NCBI GenBank assembly: GCA_051000215.1 | Contig: JBPCON010000035.1 | Span: 7,852-71,851 of the forward strand | Origin: Acidimicrobiales bacterium | GTDB taxonomy: Bacteria; Actinomycetota; Acidimicrobiia; Acidimicrobiales; JACDCH01 | Length of the DNA stretch: 64,000 bases | Direction: 5' to 3' | Part shown: piece after piece, positions 36,832 to 46,760 of the stretch | How the letters are laid out: each line of letters starts with the position of its first letter | Numbering within the stretch: position 1 is the first letter of the stretch | Notes under the pieces: generated by a model | The model's input: only the letters and a program-made list of their open reading frames with translations | What the model was told of the DNA's origin: nothing | Database searches by the model: none | Position numbers and translations under genes: made by a program

Positions 36832-38070
36832 CTAGCGGCCGTTGGTCGACCAGTGCCATGGCTCGCTCGGGAGGTTGCTGAAGCCGAAGCGCCCGGCATT
36901 GGCAGCCAACCACTGGTAGCCGGCACTCCCGCTGCGCAGCACCGTGGCCCCTTCGGTGAAGTCGATGGCGACACCCTGCTCATGCATCGACGTCCCGGCC
37001 CGGGCAGTCGGGGGCGAGCAGGCGCCGGGGGGACTGTTGATCGGGTCGGGGCAGTTCCGGTTGCGCAGCGCTTGTTGCTGGCGCGGGTCGCGATACCCCG
37101 AACCTCCGAGACTGACACCGCTGGCATCGGCCGCGTCGAGGAGCCGGGCGAGCTGATCGGCGATCGAGCTGGCCACGGTGATGCCCCGAACGGTGGTGAG
37201 TGGGAAGTCAGCCACAGGCACTGGCCCACCCCTGCTTGCGCCGGCCGGGGCCCGCGCTGCGAGCGCGGCCTCTTGCTGCGCGATCTGCGCCGACAGGTTC
37301 CGATCGAGCGACTCGAGCCCGGCGGCCTCAGCCAGACGTTGGTCGAGTCGGTTCTGCACCTGCGTGCCGTAAGCGCTCTGCTGGACTCGCGCGGCGCGCA
37401 CCTGGCTGGTGCGTTGCTGGGACTCAGCGCGTTTCGCCTCGGCGGTGGCGGCTGCGGCCTCGGCCGTCGTCCGCTGTCGTTCTGTGTCGTCCTCGGCCGC
37501 GCGCAACGAGTCGAAGACCTGCGTCTGCTTCGCGCTCTGAAAGCCGATGTACGCCTGTCGGAGGAAGCTGGCTTGCGCTTCGGTGCCCTCGCCGCCACTC
37601 GATGCCGCCTGCTGGGCAGCGTCGCCACCGACATACGCCTCGACCGCGATCGAACGAAGCTCCCCGCGGATCTGCACGACCCGGGCCGCTGCCGCCGCTG
37701 CCTCGGCGCGAGCTGTCGAGGCCTGGAGCTCGGCTTGCTTGGCCGCGAAGGTGGCATCTGACAGCGAAGCCTCCTGACCGGCGACGTTGGCCTGGAGGTC
37801 GGCGAGGGCCTGCTGCACTGAGGCGGCGTCAGCCTCGAGGGCGTTGACGTCCTGCGCTGCGGTGGCCTTCTGCTGGCGGACCTGCTCGCGCTGTTGCTTG
37901 GGATCTTGCTGCGCTCCGACACTGGGCCCGAATGCCAGCGCGAGCATCGTCACCGCCGCAGTCACAGCGGCAGTGGCGGCAGGGACGCGACGATGGGCAA
38001 GCACGGGCGACGGCGACCTCGGCTCATGGGGACCGCCGGCCGGCGGACACGCGAGAGACACGAACGACAT
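36832..38070 (-). CDS. secreted coiled-coil protein with a C-terminal M15B (VanY-type) D,D-carboxypeptidase domain
   Basis: Signal-like AATAAVTAAVTMLALAFGPSVGAQQ. Long Ala/Gln/Glu coiled coil. SMHEQGVAID (SxHxxGxAxD) and EPWHW metal-ligand motifs. Start ATG 38070 is uncertain. Confidence 0.75.
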   Translation of the reverse strand: MSFVSLACPPAGGPHEPRSPSPVLAHRRVPAATAAVTAAVTMLALAFGPSVGAQQDPKQQREQVRQQKATAAQDVNALEADAASVQQALADLQANVAGQEASLSDATFAAKQAELQASTARAEAAAAAARVVQIRGELRSIAVEAYVGGDAAQQAASSGGEGTEAQASFLRQAYIGFQSAKQTQVFDSLRAAEDDTERQRTTAEAAAATAEAKRAESQQRTSQVRAARVQQSAYGTQVQNRLDQRLAEAAGLESLDRNLSAQIAQQEAALAARAPAGASRGGPVPVADFPLTTVRGITVASSIADQLARLLDAADASGVSLGGSGYRDPRQQQALRNRNCPDPINSPPGACSPPTARAGTSMHEQGVAIDFTEGATVLRSGSAGYQWLAANAGRFGFSNLPSEPWHWSTNGR

Positions 38071-38124
38071 ATGACCGTAACACGACGGCTTCGCCTCTAC
38101 GACACGCCGTCGTAGCATCGTCCG

Positions 38125-38991
38125 ATGTCGACGCTGCGGAGATCTCCCGTGCTCGCGTTCCTGGATTACAGCCCGATCGTGAAGCTCCACCTCGGCCCGC
38201 TCGCGATGTCCCCGCACGCCCTCGGGATCGTCTTCGGGTTCCTCGCCGGCGCCTGGCTCGTGCGTCCAGCGATGCGCCGAAGGGGCATCGCCGATGACCA
38301 GCTCTACGACTGCCTCTCCCGCGCCGCACTCGGCGCCATCGTCGGCGCGCGTCTCGCGTACGTCATCAACCACCTTGGCGAATACAGCGGACATCCGCTC
38401 GACGCGTTCGCGATCTGGAAGGGGGGCATCTCCCTTCTCGGGGGAATCTTCGGCGCCGTCCTCGCCGCCTATCCGCTGATGCGCCGCTACCGGCTGGCGT
38501 TCCTGCCGATGATGGACGCGGCCGCACCGGGCCTCGCTCTCGGGATCCTTCTCGGTCGGGTCGGCGACCTCGTGGTCGGCGACCACCTCGGCAAGCCAAC
38601 CGACTTCGCACTCGGCTTCCGGTGCACCGGCGCCGACAGCGCGTCACCCTGCGTGGCACCGATCGGCCACGCAGTGCACCTGCCCGCCCTCTACGATCTC
38701 GTTTCCGTCAGCGTCCTGCTCGTCGTGCTGTGCATGCTCGGCCGCCGACGTTGGGCCGATGGATTCCTGATCGTGTTCTTCGCTGTCTGGTACGGCACCG
38801 GGCGCTTCATCGAAGACTTCTTTCGCATCGACGTCACGCACGGCACCGGCCTGACGGGGAGCCAGTGGACGTCGATCGTGTCGGTCGTCGTCGGCGTGGT
38901 GTTGCTCGTGCGACTTGCTCGCCGGGGCGCAGTCGCTGAACCTGTCAGCGAGGCCGACGCTCAGCTCGACACGCCGGCAACGCAGACCTGA
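38125..38991 (+). CDS. lgt: prolipoprotein diacylglyceryl transferase
   Basis: Lgt signatures: AIWKGGISLLGGIFGA, GILLGRVGDLVVGDHLGKPT, YGTGRFIEDFFR. Confidence 0.9.
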   Translation: MSTLRRSPVLAFLDYSPIVKLHLGPLAMSPHALGIVFGFLAGAWLVRPAMRRRGIADDQLYDCLSRAALGAIVGARLAYVINHLGEYSGHPLDAFAIWKGGISLLGGIFGAVLAAYPLMRRYRLAFLPMMDAAAPGLALGILLGRVGDLVVGDHLGKPTDFALGFRCTGADSASPCVAPIGHAVHLPALYDLVSVSVLLVVLCMLGRRRWADGFLIVFFAVWYGTGRFIEDFFRIDVTHGTGLTGSQWTSIVSVVVGVVLLVRLARRGAVAEPVSEADAQLDTPATQT

Positions 38992-39031
38992 CCCGCTGCT
39001 CACCGTCACACCCCGTAGCGAAGATGCGGGC

Positions 39032-39292
39032 ATGAGCACGATGGATGTCGAGACCGACTGGCAGTCGCTGGCGGCGTGCACGGGTGCCGACCCCGACCTC
39101 TTCTTTCCCGATCGAGGCGAGCTCGCACTCGCGGCCAAGGTCGTGTGTGCTGTGTGCCCCGTTCGCGAGCAGTGCCTCGCCCATGCTTTGGTCTTTCACG
39201 AGGACCACGGCGTGTGGGGTGGCACGACGCCAACGGAGCGGCGCCGGCTCCGCCGGCCTCGCGCACGGCACTTGCGCCTCTCCGCCCGGTAA
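39032..39292 (+). CDS. WhiB-family Fe-S transcriptional regulator
   Basis: Four Cys (AAC...CAVCPVREQC) and the GVWGG turn followed by a basic tail. Confidence 0.9.
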   Translation: MSTMDVETDWQSLAACTGADPDLFFPDRGELALAAKVVCAVCPVREQCLAHALVFHEDHGVWGGTTPTERRRLRRPRARHLRLSAR

Positions 39293-39369
39293 CGCCCCCG
39301 CGGCGAACGGATCCGTCAAACATCGCGCCCCGCGCTCCCCAGGGGCGACGATCGAGCGAAGATCGTGAG

Positions 39370-40104
39370 ATGGCCGACGCCGAGGAACCGGAACGAGCCA
39401 GGGCCATCGGGCGCCGGACCATGCTCGGCGCGCTCGTTGCCACCACCGGCGGGATCCTGTTCGGGGCCCGCATCCAGGAGGCCCTGCAGCGCGTCCTGCT
39501 CCCGATCACGCTGCGCGACCCGACCGGGTTGTCCGATCTGTTGCCGGTCGCCGGGCGCTTTCGCATCTACTCGGTCACCGGCGATCTGCCCAGTCGCTCC
39601 GACGCCGACTACCGCCTCGGCGTCGACGGGCTCGTGGCTCGCCAGCTCAGCCTCACCATGCCCGACCTCCGCGAGCGCCTGCCCCAGACCGAGCTGCACC
39701 GCGACTTCCAGTGCGTGACGGGTTGGCGGGTCTTCGACGTCGCGTGGGCGGGCGTGCGGCTCTCGAGCGTCCTCGACGAGGCTGAGGTCGGGCCGGCGGC
39801 CACGCACGTCGTGCTGCATTCCTTCGACGGCGAGTACACCGAGACGCTCACGCTCGAGCAGGCCCGTCGCGACGACGTCCTCGTTGCCCACACGCTCGAG
39901 GGCGCCAACCTCTCGAGCGAGCACGGCGGGCCCGCCCGCCTCTTCGTCGCGCCAATGTACGGGTACAAGTCGTTGAAGTGGCTCGAGCGCATCGAGGTGG
40001 TCGATCACCTCGAGGGCAATGGCGGCTACTGGGAAGATCTGGGCTACGACCGCGACGCCTGGGTCGGCGCGAGCAACGGCGGAAACCAGAACCCGACGTC
40101 GTGA
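39370..40104 (+). CDS. molybdopterin-dependent oxidoreductase (sulfite oxidase / MsrP-YedY fold), Tat-type leader
   Basis: RRTMLGALVATTGG is Tat-like. HRDFQCVTGWRV..WAGVRL and GGPARLFVAPMYGYKSLKWL are Moco-domain motifs. Confidence 0.8.
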   Translation: MADAEEPERARAIGRRTMLGALVATTGGILFGARIQEALQRVLLPITLRDPTGLSDLLPVAGRFRIYSVTGDLPSRSDADYRLGVDGLVARQLSLTMPDLRERLPQTELHRDFQCVTGWRVFDVAWAGVRLSSVLDEAEVGPAATHVVLHSFDGEYTETLTLEQARRDDVLVAHTLEGANLSSEHGGPARLFVAPMYGYKSLKWLERIEVVDHLEGNGGYWEDLGYDRDAWVGASNGGNQNPTS

Positions 40105-40805
40105 CTCAGACCCGTCGAGCTGCGCCAGCAGAGGTCCACCGCCTCGACGGCGCGACCCGCATCGTGCATTGGGTGGCCGCAGCGCTCGTGCTCACCATGG
40201 TGGTCACCGGCACCATCCTCTACGTCGGGCAGCTCGAGGCGATGGTCGGGCGAAGGGCCTTGTTGGCGCGTGTCCACGTGTGGAGCGGAATCGCGCTCGT
40301 GGCCCTCGCGGCGCTCACCGCGGTTGCCCGCCCCGTCACAGCAGGATTGCGGGCCGAGCTCGCTGACCTCGGCCGGTGGACGCCTTCCGATCGACGGTGG
40401 CTGCGCGCTCGCACCCGCACGACACCGGCTGGCAAGTACAACGGCGGCCAGAAGGCGGCGACGGCGGCGATCGGCGCGCTGCTGCTCGCTCAAGTGCTCA
40501 CCGGCTCGGTCATGCACTGGAACGAGCCGTTCCCCGATGCGTGGCGGACGGGCGCGACCTTCGTGCACGACTGGGCATACCTCGGCCTCGCAGCTCTCAT
40601 CATCGGCCACGTGGTGCGCGCCATCGGCGAGCCGCCGCTGTTGCACGCGATCGTGCGCGGCAGCGTGCCGCGTTGGTGGGCCGAGAAGGAGCGCCCCGGC
40701 TGGCTCGCCGAGGTCGACGACTCCGAAGCTCAGTGGCCGAGCGGATCAACCCGGTTTGACCATGAACGCGCGAGGCTCAGCGGCCCGCAGGAACCTCAGG
40801 GCTGA
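40101..40805 (+). CDS. membrane cytochrome b (b561 / formate-dehydrogenase-gamma-like) partner
   Basis: GTGA overlap with the Moco enzyme. Four TM helices with conserved His (IVHWV, VHVWSG, VMHWN, FVHDW). Confidence 0.75.
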   Translation: MTQTRRAAPAEVHRLDGATRIVHWVAAALVLTMVVTGTILYVGQLEAMVGRRALLARVHVWSGIALVALAALTAVARPVTAGLRAELADLGRWTPSDRRWLRARTRTTPAGKYNGGQKAATAAIGALLLAQVLTGSVMHWNEPFPDAWRTGATFVHDWAYLGLAALIIGHVVRAIGEPPLLHAIVRGSVPRWWAEKERPGWLAEVDDSEAQWPSGSTRFDHERARLSGPQEPQG

Positions 40806-40975
40806 CGGCGCCCGCCGCGCACGAGCGCGACGGCGAAGACGATGAGCACGGCGCCGAAGACCGACCAGATCGCGTGCCCCGTCATGAACGAGCCCCTGAC
40901 GACACCGATGCCCTGGAACACCCACACGACGCCGAGCAAGCCGACGAGCACACCGGCGATCAAGCGAGGCCTCAT
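40796..40975 (-). CDS. small two-TM membrane protein (59 aa)
   Basis: Hand translation: MRPRLIAGVLVGLLGVVWVFQGIGVVRGSFMTGHAIWSVFGAVLIVFAVALVRGGRRQP. Strong GC3 bias. It falls below the ORF-track length cutoff. Confidence 0.55.
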   Translation of the reverse strand: MRPRLIAGVLVGLLGVVWVFQGIGVVRGSFMTGHAIWSVFGAVLIVFAVALVRGGRRQP

Positions 40976-41070
40976 CGCAGCATTGAAGCAGCCGCTCGCC
41001 CCTGCAATGGGTCATGACTACGGTGCACGCACCGGTGGAGCCGATCGGCCCACCAGGATCGGAGGAGCCC

Positions 41071-42261
41071 GTGAGCAACCGCACGTTCGTGATCGGCGTC
41101 GGCATGACGAAGTTCGAGAAGCCCGGTTCGAAGGATTGGGACTACCCCGACATGGGCAAGGAGGCCGGCACGTTGGCCCTCGCCGACGCCGGCATCGACT
41201 ACAGCGACATCGAGTCTGCGTTCATCGGCTACTGCTACGGCGACTCCACGGCCGGGCAGCGGGCCCTCTACGAGCTCGGGCTCACCGGCATCCCCGCGGT
41301 GAACGTCAACAACAACTGCTCGACAGGGAGCACAGCGCTTTTCCTCGCTCGCAAGTTCGTGCAGGGCGGGCTGGCGGACTGCGCGCTCGCCCTCGGGTTC
41401 GAGAAGATGGAGAAGGGCAGCCTCGGTCTCAAGTTCCCGGACCGGGCCACTCCGATGGACAAGCACTTCAAGGGCATGGTCGACAAGCGCGGCTTCGTCT
41501 CCGCGCCGCCCGCGGCGCAGATGTTCGGCAACGCAGGCCGCGAGTACATGGAGCGCTACGGCGTGTCCGCCGAGTCGTTCGCCAAGATCGGGGAGAAGAA
41601 CCACCGCCATTCGGTGAACAACCCGTACTCGCAGTTCCAGGACGAGTACTCGCTGCAGGACATCCTCGACTCACCGATGGTCTACGACCCCCTCACCAAG
41701 TTGCAGTGCTGCCCGACATCGGACGGTGGGGCAGCCGCGGTGATCGCGAGCGAGCGCTTCGTCGAGGATCACGGGCTCTGGGGCCAGGCCGTCGAGATCG
41801 CTGGGCAGGCGATGACGACCGACTTCGAGTCTTCGTTCGACGGGAGCGACATGAGCCTCGTCGGGGTGCACATGACGCGGGCCGCCGCGCAACAGGCATA
41901 CGACGAGTCGGGCCTCGGCCCGGAAGACGTGCAGGTGATCGAGCTCCACGATTGCTTCAGCGCGAACGAGCTCGTCACCTACGAAGGGCTCGGGCTGTGC
42001 GAGCCGGGCAAGGCCGGCACCCTCATCGACGACGGGGCCGTCACCTACGGCGGCCAGTGGGTTGTCAACCCCTCGGGCGGGCTCATCTCCAAGGGCCACC
42101 CGCTTGGGGCCACCGGCCTCGCGCAGTGCAGCGAGCTCACGTGGCAGCTGCGCGGCACGGCCGACAAGCGCCAGGTGCCCGATGTCAAGGCAGCCTTGCA
42201 GCACAACCTGGGGCTCGGCGGCGCGGCCGTCGTCACGGTGTACACGAAGGCCCTCGCGTAG
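41071..42261 (+). CDS. SCPx-type thiolase-like lipid-transfer protein
   Basis: GGAGGAG upstream of GTG 41071. [26 protein letters not shown] (active-site Cys), [11 protein letters not shown]. Confidence 0.85.
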   Translation: MSNRTFVIGVGMTKFEKPGSKDWDYPDMGKEAGTLALADAGIDYSDIESAFIGYCYGDSTAGQRALYELGLTGIPAVNVNNNCSTGSTALFLARKFVQGGLADCALALGFEKMEKGSLGLKFPDRATPMDKHFKGMVDKRGFVSAPPAAQMFGNAGREYMERYGVSAESFAKIGEKNHRHSVNNPYSQFQDEYSLQDILDSPMVYDPLTKLQCCPTSDGGAAAVIASERFVEDHGLWGQAVEIAGQAMTTDFESSFDGSDMSLVGVHMTRAAAQQAYDESGLGPEDVQVIELHDCFSANELVTYEGLGLCEPGKAGTLIDDGAVTYGGQWVVNPSGGLISKGHPLGATGLAQCSELTWQLRGTADKRQVPDVKAALQHNLGLGGAAVVTVYTKALA

Positions 42262-43181
42262 TGGGCGGACTCGAGGGGCGGATCGTCGTCATCACGGGCG
42301 GGGGTCGGGGCATCGGCCGCGAACACGCGCTCCTCTTGTCGTCGCTCGGCGCCAAGGTGGTCATCAACGACCTCGGCGGCGGGCCGGACGGAAGCGGCGT
42401 CGATGTGAGCGCGGCCCAATCGGTGGCCGACGAGGTCATCGCGCTGGGTGGCGAGGCCGTGGCGAGCACCGACAGCGTCACCTCGTTCGACGGTGCCAAG
42501 TCGATCGTCGACACCGCCGTCGAGGCATTCGGCGATCTCAACGTCGTCGTCAACAACGCTGGCATCCTGCGCGACCGCATGCTCGTCTCCATGACCGAGC
42601 AGGAGTTCGACGACGTCGTTGCCGTGCACATGAAGGGCACCTTCAACGTCAGCCACCACGCCGCCGCGTACTGGCGCGATCAGGTCAAGGCCGGCAACGG
42701 CGGCGATCGAGCCATCGTCAACACAGCATCGGGTGCCGGGTTGCATGGCAACATCGGCCAGACCAACTACGCCGCTGCCAAGGCAGGCATCGCCGCGATG
42801 ACCATCGTCGCGTCGCTCGAGCTCGAGCGTTACGGCGCGCGTGCCAACTGCATCGCTCCGATCGCCCGCACGCGGCTCACGTTGCAGACACCCGGCATGG
42901 GCGATGCCATGGCGGCGCCGGTGTTCGATCCGGAGAACATCTCACCGGTGGTGGCCGTCCTCGCAGCAGCCGACTGCCCCTTCAACGGGCAGGTGTTCTC
43001 GGTCTACGGCGGAACGGTCGGCATCTATGCGGGCTGGTCGATCGCCGAGGAGATCACCGCAGAGGATCGGTGGTCCTTCGAGAAGCTGCAGACGGCGATG
43101 GCGGGTTTGCCGCGGAGCGTGGCGGTCACCAGTCAGACGGAGGCCCTGATGAGGTCGGTGAGCGGAGCTCCGCGACCCTGA
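42261..43181 (+). CDS. SDR-family oxidoreductase (MFE-2 / 3-hydroxyacyl-CoA dehydrogenase-like)
   Basis: TGGGRGIGRE Rossmann motif, NNAGILRD, YAAAKAG (YxxxK). TAGTG junction. Confidence 0.85.
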   Translation: MGGLEGRIVVITGGGRGIGREHALLLSSLGAKVVINDLGGGPDGSGVDVSAAQSVADEVIALGGEAVASTDSVTSFDGAKSIVDTAVEAFGDLNVVVNNAGILRDRMLVSMTEQEFDDVVAVHMKGTFNVSHHAAAYWRDQVKAGNGGDRAIVNTASGAGLHGNIGQTNYAAAKAGIAAMTIVASLELERYGARANCIAPIARTRLTLQTPGMGDAMAAPVFDPENISPVVAVLAAADCPFNGQVFSVYGGTVGIYAGWSIAEEITAEDRWSFEKLQTAMAGLPRSVAVTSQTEALMRSVSGAPRP

Positions 43182-44446
43182 TGGCTCTAGCCGACGTCGA
43201 CCTTCTCGACCTCGATCGCTGGGCGCGAGACGGTGCGCCGCACGCGTGGTTCCACGAGCTGCGGCGCGAGGCGCCAGCGTGGCGGCACCCCTCACCGGAC
43301 GGCGGGCGCGGCTTCTGGGTGATCACGGGCTACGACGATGTGGTGGCCCTCGGTCGCTGCCCGCACGTGCTGTCGTCCGACCAGGACAACGGGGGTGTCA
43401 CCGGGCTGGGTCCAGGCGATGAGCTGCAGGCGGTGTTCGACAAGACCCTCGCCGATCTCAACGTCGGTGGCCGCGCAGCGTCTGACGCGGCGAAGCACCT
43501 GCTCACACTCGACCCGCCCGAGCACACCGCCTACCGCAAGATCGTCAACAAGGGCTTCACACCTCGGATGATCGGCTTGCTCGAAGGGAGGGTCAGCGAG
43601 CTCCTCGACGACCTGCTCGATCGTCACGCGCGAGGCGAGGCCTTCGACCTCGTGCCCAACGTCTCGATGCCGCTCCCGATCCACGTCATCGCCGAGATGA
43701 TCGGCGCACACCCCGACGACCATGGCGATCTGGTGCGATGGAGCAACGAGGCCATTGCCAGCACCGACCCCGAGTACTCGAGCGGCCCTGGCTCGCAGCT
43801 CAACGCGGTCATGCACCTCGTGCAGTACTTCAGCGGGCTGCGCGCCGAGCACGAGGCGCACCCCGCCGGCGACCTCATCACCACGCTGCTCGACGCCGAG
43901 GTCGACGGCGAAGCCCTCACCAACGCGCGTTTCATGCTGTTCCTGATCCTGCTCACCGCTGCGGGCAACGAGACGACACGCACTGCCATCAGTCACTGCG
44001 TGCTCGAGCTGGCGCGACATCCCGAGCAATGGCATCGGCTCAAGGACGATCCCGGCCTCATCCCTGCAGCCGTCGAGGAGCTGCTGCGCTACGCGTCGCC
44101 GGTCATGTACTTCCGCCGCAACGCGCTCGAGGCGATGGAGCTCGCGGGGTCGAGCGTCGAGCCAGGCGACATCGTCACGCTCTGGTACATCGCTGCCAAC
44201 CGCGACGAGGCCCAATTCGACGCCCCCGATCATTTCGACGTCGGACGCACACCGAACCCTCAGATCGCGTTCGGTGGTGGCGGCCCACACTTCTGCCTCG
44301 GCGCATCGCTCGCCCGCCTCGAGGTGCGGGTGCTGCTCGAGGCCCTCGTCGAGCGCTACGACTCCATCGAGCTCGCGGGACCGTTCGAGCGTGTGCGTTC
44401 GAACTTCATCCAAGGCATCAAGCACCTGCCCGTGGTCCTCTCCTGA
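43181..44446 (+). CDS. cytochrome P450
   Basis: AGNETT (I-helix), EELLRY (ExxR), heme loop FGGGGPHFCLGASLAR. TGATG junction. Confidence 0.92.
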   Translation: MALADVDLLDLDRWARDGAPHAWFHELRREAPAWRHPSPDGGRGFWVITGYDDVVALGRCPHVLSSDQDNGGVTGLGPGDELQAVFDKTLADLNVGGRAASDAAKHLLTLDPPEHTAYRKIVNKGFTPRMIGLLEGRVSELLDDLLDRHARGEAFDLVPNVSMPLPIHVIAEMIGAHPDDHGDLVRWSNEAIASTDPEYSSGPGSQLNAVMHLVQYFSGLRAEHEAHPAGDLITTLLDAEVDGEALTNARFMLFLILLTAAGNETTRTAISHCVLELARHPEQWHRLKDDPGLIPAAVEELLRYASPVMYFRRNALEAMELAGSSVEPGDIVTLWYIAANRDEAQFDAPDHFDVGRTPNPQIAFGGGGPHFCLGASLARLEVRVLLEALVERYDSIELAGPFERVRSNFIQGIKHLPVVLS

Positions 44447-44473
44447 CTGTCGAAGTGAAGGTGCAGGTCTGAC

Positions 44474-45493
44474 GTGCACGCATCCAACGATCTGCCGCGG
44501 CTCGAAGCAACGCTGCGCGACGCCTTTGCTGCGTTGGAGGGTCGCGGCTGGGGGCGGGGCGACATACGACATGCTCTCGTCAAACTCGTTGATCGCCGGC
44601 AGGTCGCTCTGTTCGACGCGCTCGTCGTGCTCCCAGGCGAAGGCGCCGGTCTCGAGGCGTGGGCGCGACACAACGGCCTCGCTCTCGACAGAGTCGCGAC
44701 CATGGCGCGCACGCTGCACGCGCTGCTTACGAGGCTGCCCCGACTCGCGCCCGATCACGCTGCCTCGTCGCCGGCCGGCAACATCGACGTAGCGGTCCTC
44801 GAGCGGGTGCGCGCTCTGTTGTCTAAGGCTGAGTCGACGACGTTCGAGGCCGAAGCCGACGCCCTGAGCGCGAAGGCGCAGGAGATGATGGCAAAGCATT
44901 CGATCGATCGCGCGCTGCTGGAGGGGCGCGCCGTGAGCGGTGCGACAGTGGCGACGCGTCGATTCCTCATCGAGGATCCGTATGCCAGGGCACGGTTCAC
45001 GCTCTTGAGCGAGGTGGCCAGAGCGTGCGGCTGCGATGCCGTGCTGCTCGAGCCGCTCGGCATCGCCAACGTCTTCGGCTTCGGTGATGACTTGACAGCG
45101 GTCGACCTCCTCTACACATCCCTGCTTGTTCAGGCGAGCACAGCGGTCGCCGCGGCGCGGCCGCCCGGGCGGCGCGCAGCCTCGCAGTTGGCCGCGTTCC
45201 GGCGGGCCTTTCTCGTGGCGTTCGCGCAGCGCGTCGGGCTACGCTTGACTGCTGTTCGCAGCGACGCTGTCCACGAGGCGCAAATCGCGCACGGCGACAG
45301 CATCCTGCCGGTGCTCGCGAACCGGCGGTCGCTCGTCGAGGCGCACATGGTGCAAGCCGCGCCCAACTCGCGCCGGATGTCACAACGTCTCAGCGACGCC
45401 GGTGGCTACCAGGCCGGCCAGTCGGCTGGTGACCGGGCGACGTTCAGCCACCAGGCGACTCTCGCCGGGGGACAGCGGGCGCTCGGCGAGTAG
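44474..45493 (+). CDS. DUF2786-domain hypothetical protein
   Basis: RVRALLSKAESTTFEAEADALSAKAQEMMAKHSIDRA is the characteristic DUF2786 helix pair. Confidence 0.65.
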   Translation: MHASNDLPRLEATLRDAFAALEGRGWGRGDIRHALVKLVDRRQVALFDALVVLPGEGAGLEAWARHNGLALDRVATMARTLHALLTRLPRLAPDHAASSPAGNIDVAVLERVRALLSKAESTTFEAEADALSAKAQEMMAKHSIDRALLEGRAVSGATVATRRFLIEDPYARARFTLLSEVARACGCDAVLLEPLGIANVFGFGDDLTAVDLLYTSLLVQASTAVAAARPPGRRAASQLAAFRRAFLVAFAQRVGLRLTAVRSDAVHEAQIAHGDSILPVLANRRSLVEAHMVQAAPNSRRMSQRLSDAGGYQAGQSAGDRATFSHQATLAGGQRALGE

Positions 45494-45511
45494 TCCCGTG
45501 ACGCGGGCGCG

Positions 45512-46711
45512 TCAGATCACGCCGTCGGCTCGGAGCGTCGCGCGCTCCTCGTCGCTGAGGCCGAGGACGTCACCGAGCACCTCGTCGTTGTGCTCGCCGA
45601 GCGTCGGCCCGACCCAGCGGACCGAACCGGGGGTGGCCGACAGCTTCGGCATCACGTTCTGCATCGGAAACGGGCCGAGCGTCGGATGAGGGAGGGTCAC
45701 GAGCGCATCCCGAGCTGCGAAGTGCGGGTCGGCGAGCATCTCGGGCACGCGATAGATCTTCCCTGTTGGCACTGCGTGTTCGATCAACACCGCCTCGAGC
45801 GCCGCCGCGTCGAGCGTGGCGGTCCACGCCGCGATGTGCTCGTCGAGCTCGGCTTGGTGCTGGCCGCGAGCGGTGTGCGTTGCGAACCGCGGGTCGACGC
45901 CGAGCTCAGGCACGCCCATCGCTTCGGCCAGCCGCTTGAACACCGTGTCCTGGTTGCCGGCGATGAGCACCATGAGCCCGTCTCTCGTCGGGTACACGTT
46001 GGACGGCGCGACGTTGGGAAGGATCGACCCCGTCCGCTCGCGCGTGTAGCCCCCGAGCACGTACTCGGGGACGAGCGACTCCATGACGTTGAGCACGGCT
46101 TCGTAGAGCGCCGAGTCGACCACTTGCCCGCGGCCACCGTTGGCAGCACGAGCGTGGATGGCGACGAGCCCGCCAAGCGCGGCGTAGGTGCCAGCGAGCG
46201 TGTCGCCGAGGGAGATGCCCGGCCGCGATGGAGGCGCGGACGGGTCGCCCGACACGTGACGCAACCCACCCATGGCCTCTCCGATCGCGCCGTAGCCCGG
46301 CTGCGACGCGTACGGACCGGTCTGGCCGAAGCCCGTGACGCGGATCAGCACGAGCCCCGGGTTCTGCGCGGAAAGCTCTTCGTAGGAGAGGCCCCACCGC
46401 TCGAGCGTGCCGGGCCGGAAGTTCTCGACCACGACGTCGGCTGTGGCGGCGAGGTCGCGCGCGATGTGCTGTCCAGCGGAGGTGCGCAGGTCGCAGGTGA
46501 CCGACTTCTTGTTGCGAGCGACGACGGGCCACCACAGCGACAGACCGTGGGGCTTTTCGCGGCCCCACTCACGCATCGGGTCGCCGACGCCGGGAGGCTC
46601 GAGCTTGATGACCTCGGCGCCGAAGTCGCCGAGCAGCTGGCCGCAGAACGGCCCAGCGAGCAGCGTCCCCATCTCGATGACGCGGATGTCTGCGAGTGGG
46701 AGGTCGGCCAC
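45512..46711 (-). CDS. CaiB/BaiF family III CoA-transferase (alpha-methylacyl-CoA racemase-like)
   Basis: From GTG 46711: LADIRVIEMGTLLAGPFCGQLLGDFGAEVIKLEPP, then ...ENFRPG..., GYGAIGEAMGG. Confidence 0.85.
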   Translation of the reverse strand: MADLPLADIRVIEMGTLLAGPFCGQLLGDFGAEVIKLEPPGVGDPMREWGREKPHGLSLWWPVVARNKKSVTCDLRTSAGQHIARDLAATADVVVENFRPGTLERWGLSYEELSAQNPGLVLIRVTGFGQTGPYASQPGYGAIGEAMGGLRHVSGDPSAPPSRPGISLGDTLAGTYAALGGLVAIHARAANGGRGQVVDSALYEAVLNVMESLVPEYVLGGYTRERTGSILPNVAPSNVYPTRDGLMVLIAGNQDTVFKRLAEAMGVPELGVDPRFATHTARGQHQAELDEHIAAWTATLDAAALEAVLIEHAVPTGKIYRVPEMLADPHFAARDALVTLPHPTLGPFPMQNVMPKLSATPGSVRWVGPTLGEHNDEVLGDVLGLSDEERATLRADGVI

Positions 46712-46760
46712 CCCCGCGGTCCTAGCATGAGCCACCCGGTTCAGGTGAGGAGCGGCGCTG

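Noticed and set aside
38082-38113. An 8-bp inverted repeat ACGACGGC-N16-GCCGTCGT between the M15 peptidase and lgt starts.
   Set aside because: It could be an operator or a 5'-UTR hairpin, but it is a single short GC-rich repeat in a GC-rich genome with no partner evidence. That is too weak to call.
38071-38586. The upstream part of the 584-aa minus-strand ORF 36832..38586.
   Set aside because: It overlaps the clear lgt gene on the plus strand and has no protein-like features. The M15 peptidase has a signal-peptide-like N-terminus starting near 38070.
40842-42260. The long N-terminal extensions of ORFs 40842..43181 (779 aa) and 42062..44446 (794 aa).
   Set aside because: The extensions overlap, in other frames, the genuine thiolase-like and SDR genes, and are Arg/Pro/Gly-rich. 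The true SDR and P450 start at junction-coupled codons 42261 and 43181.
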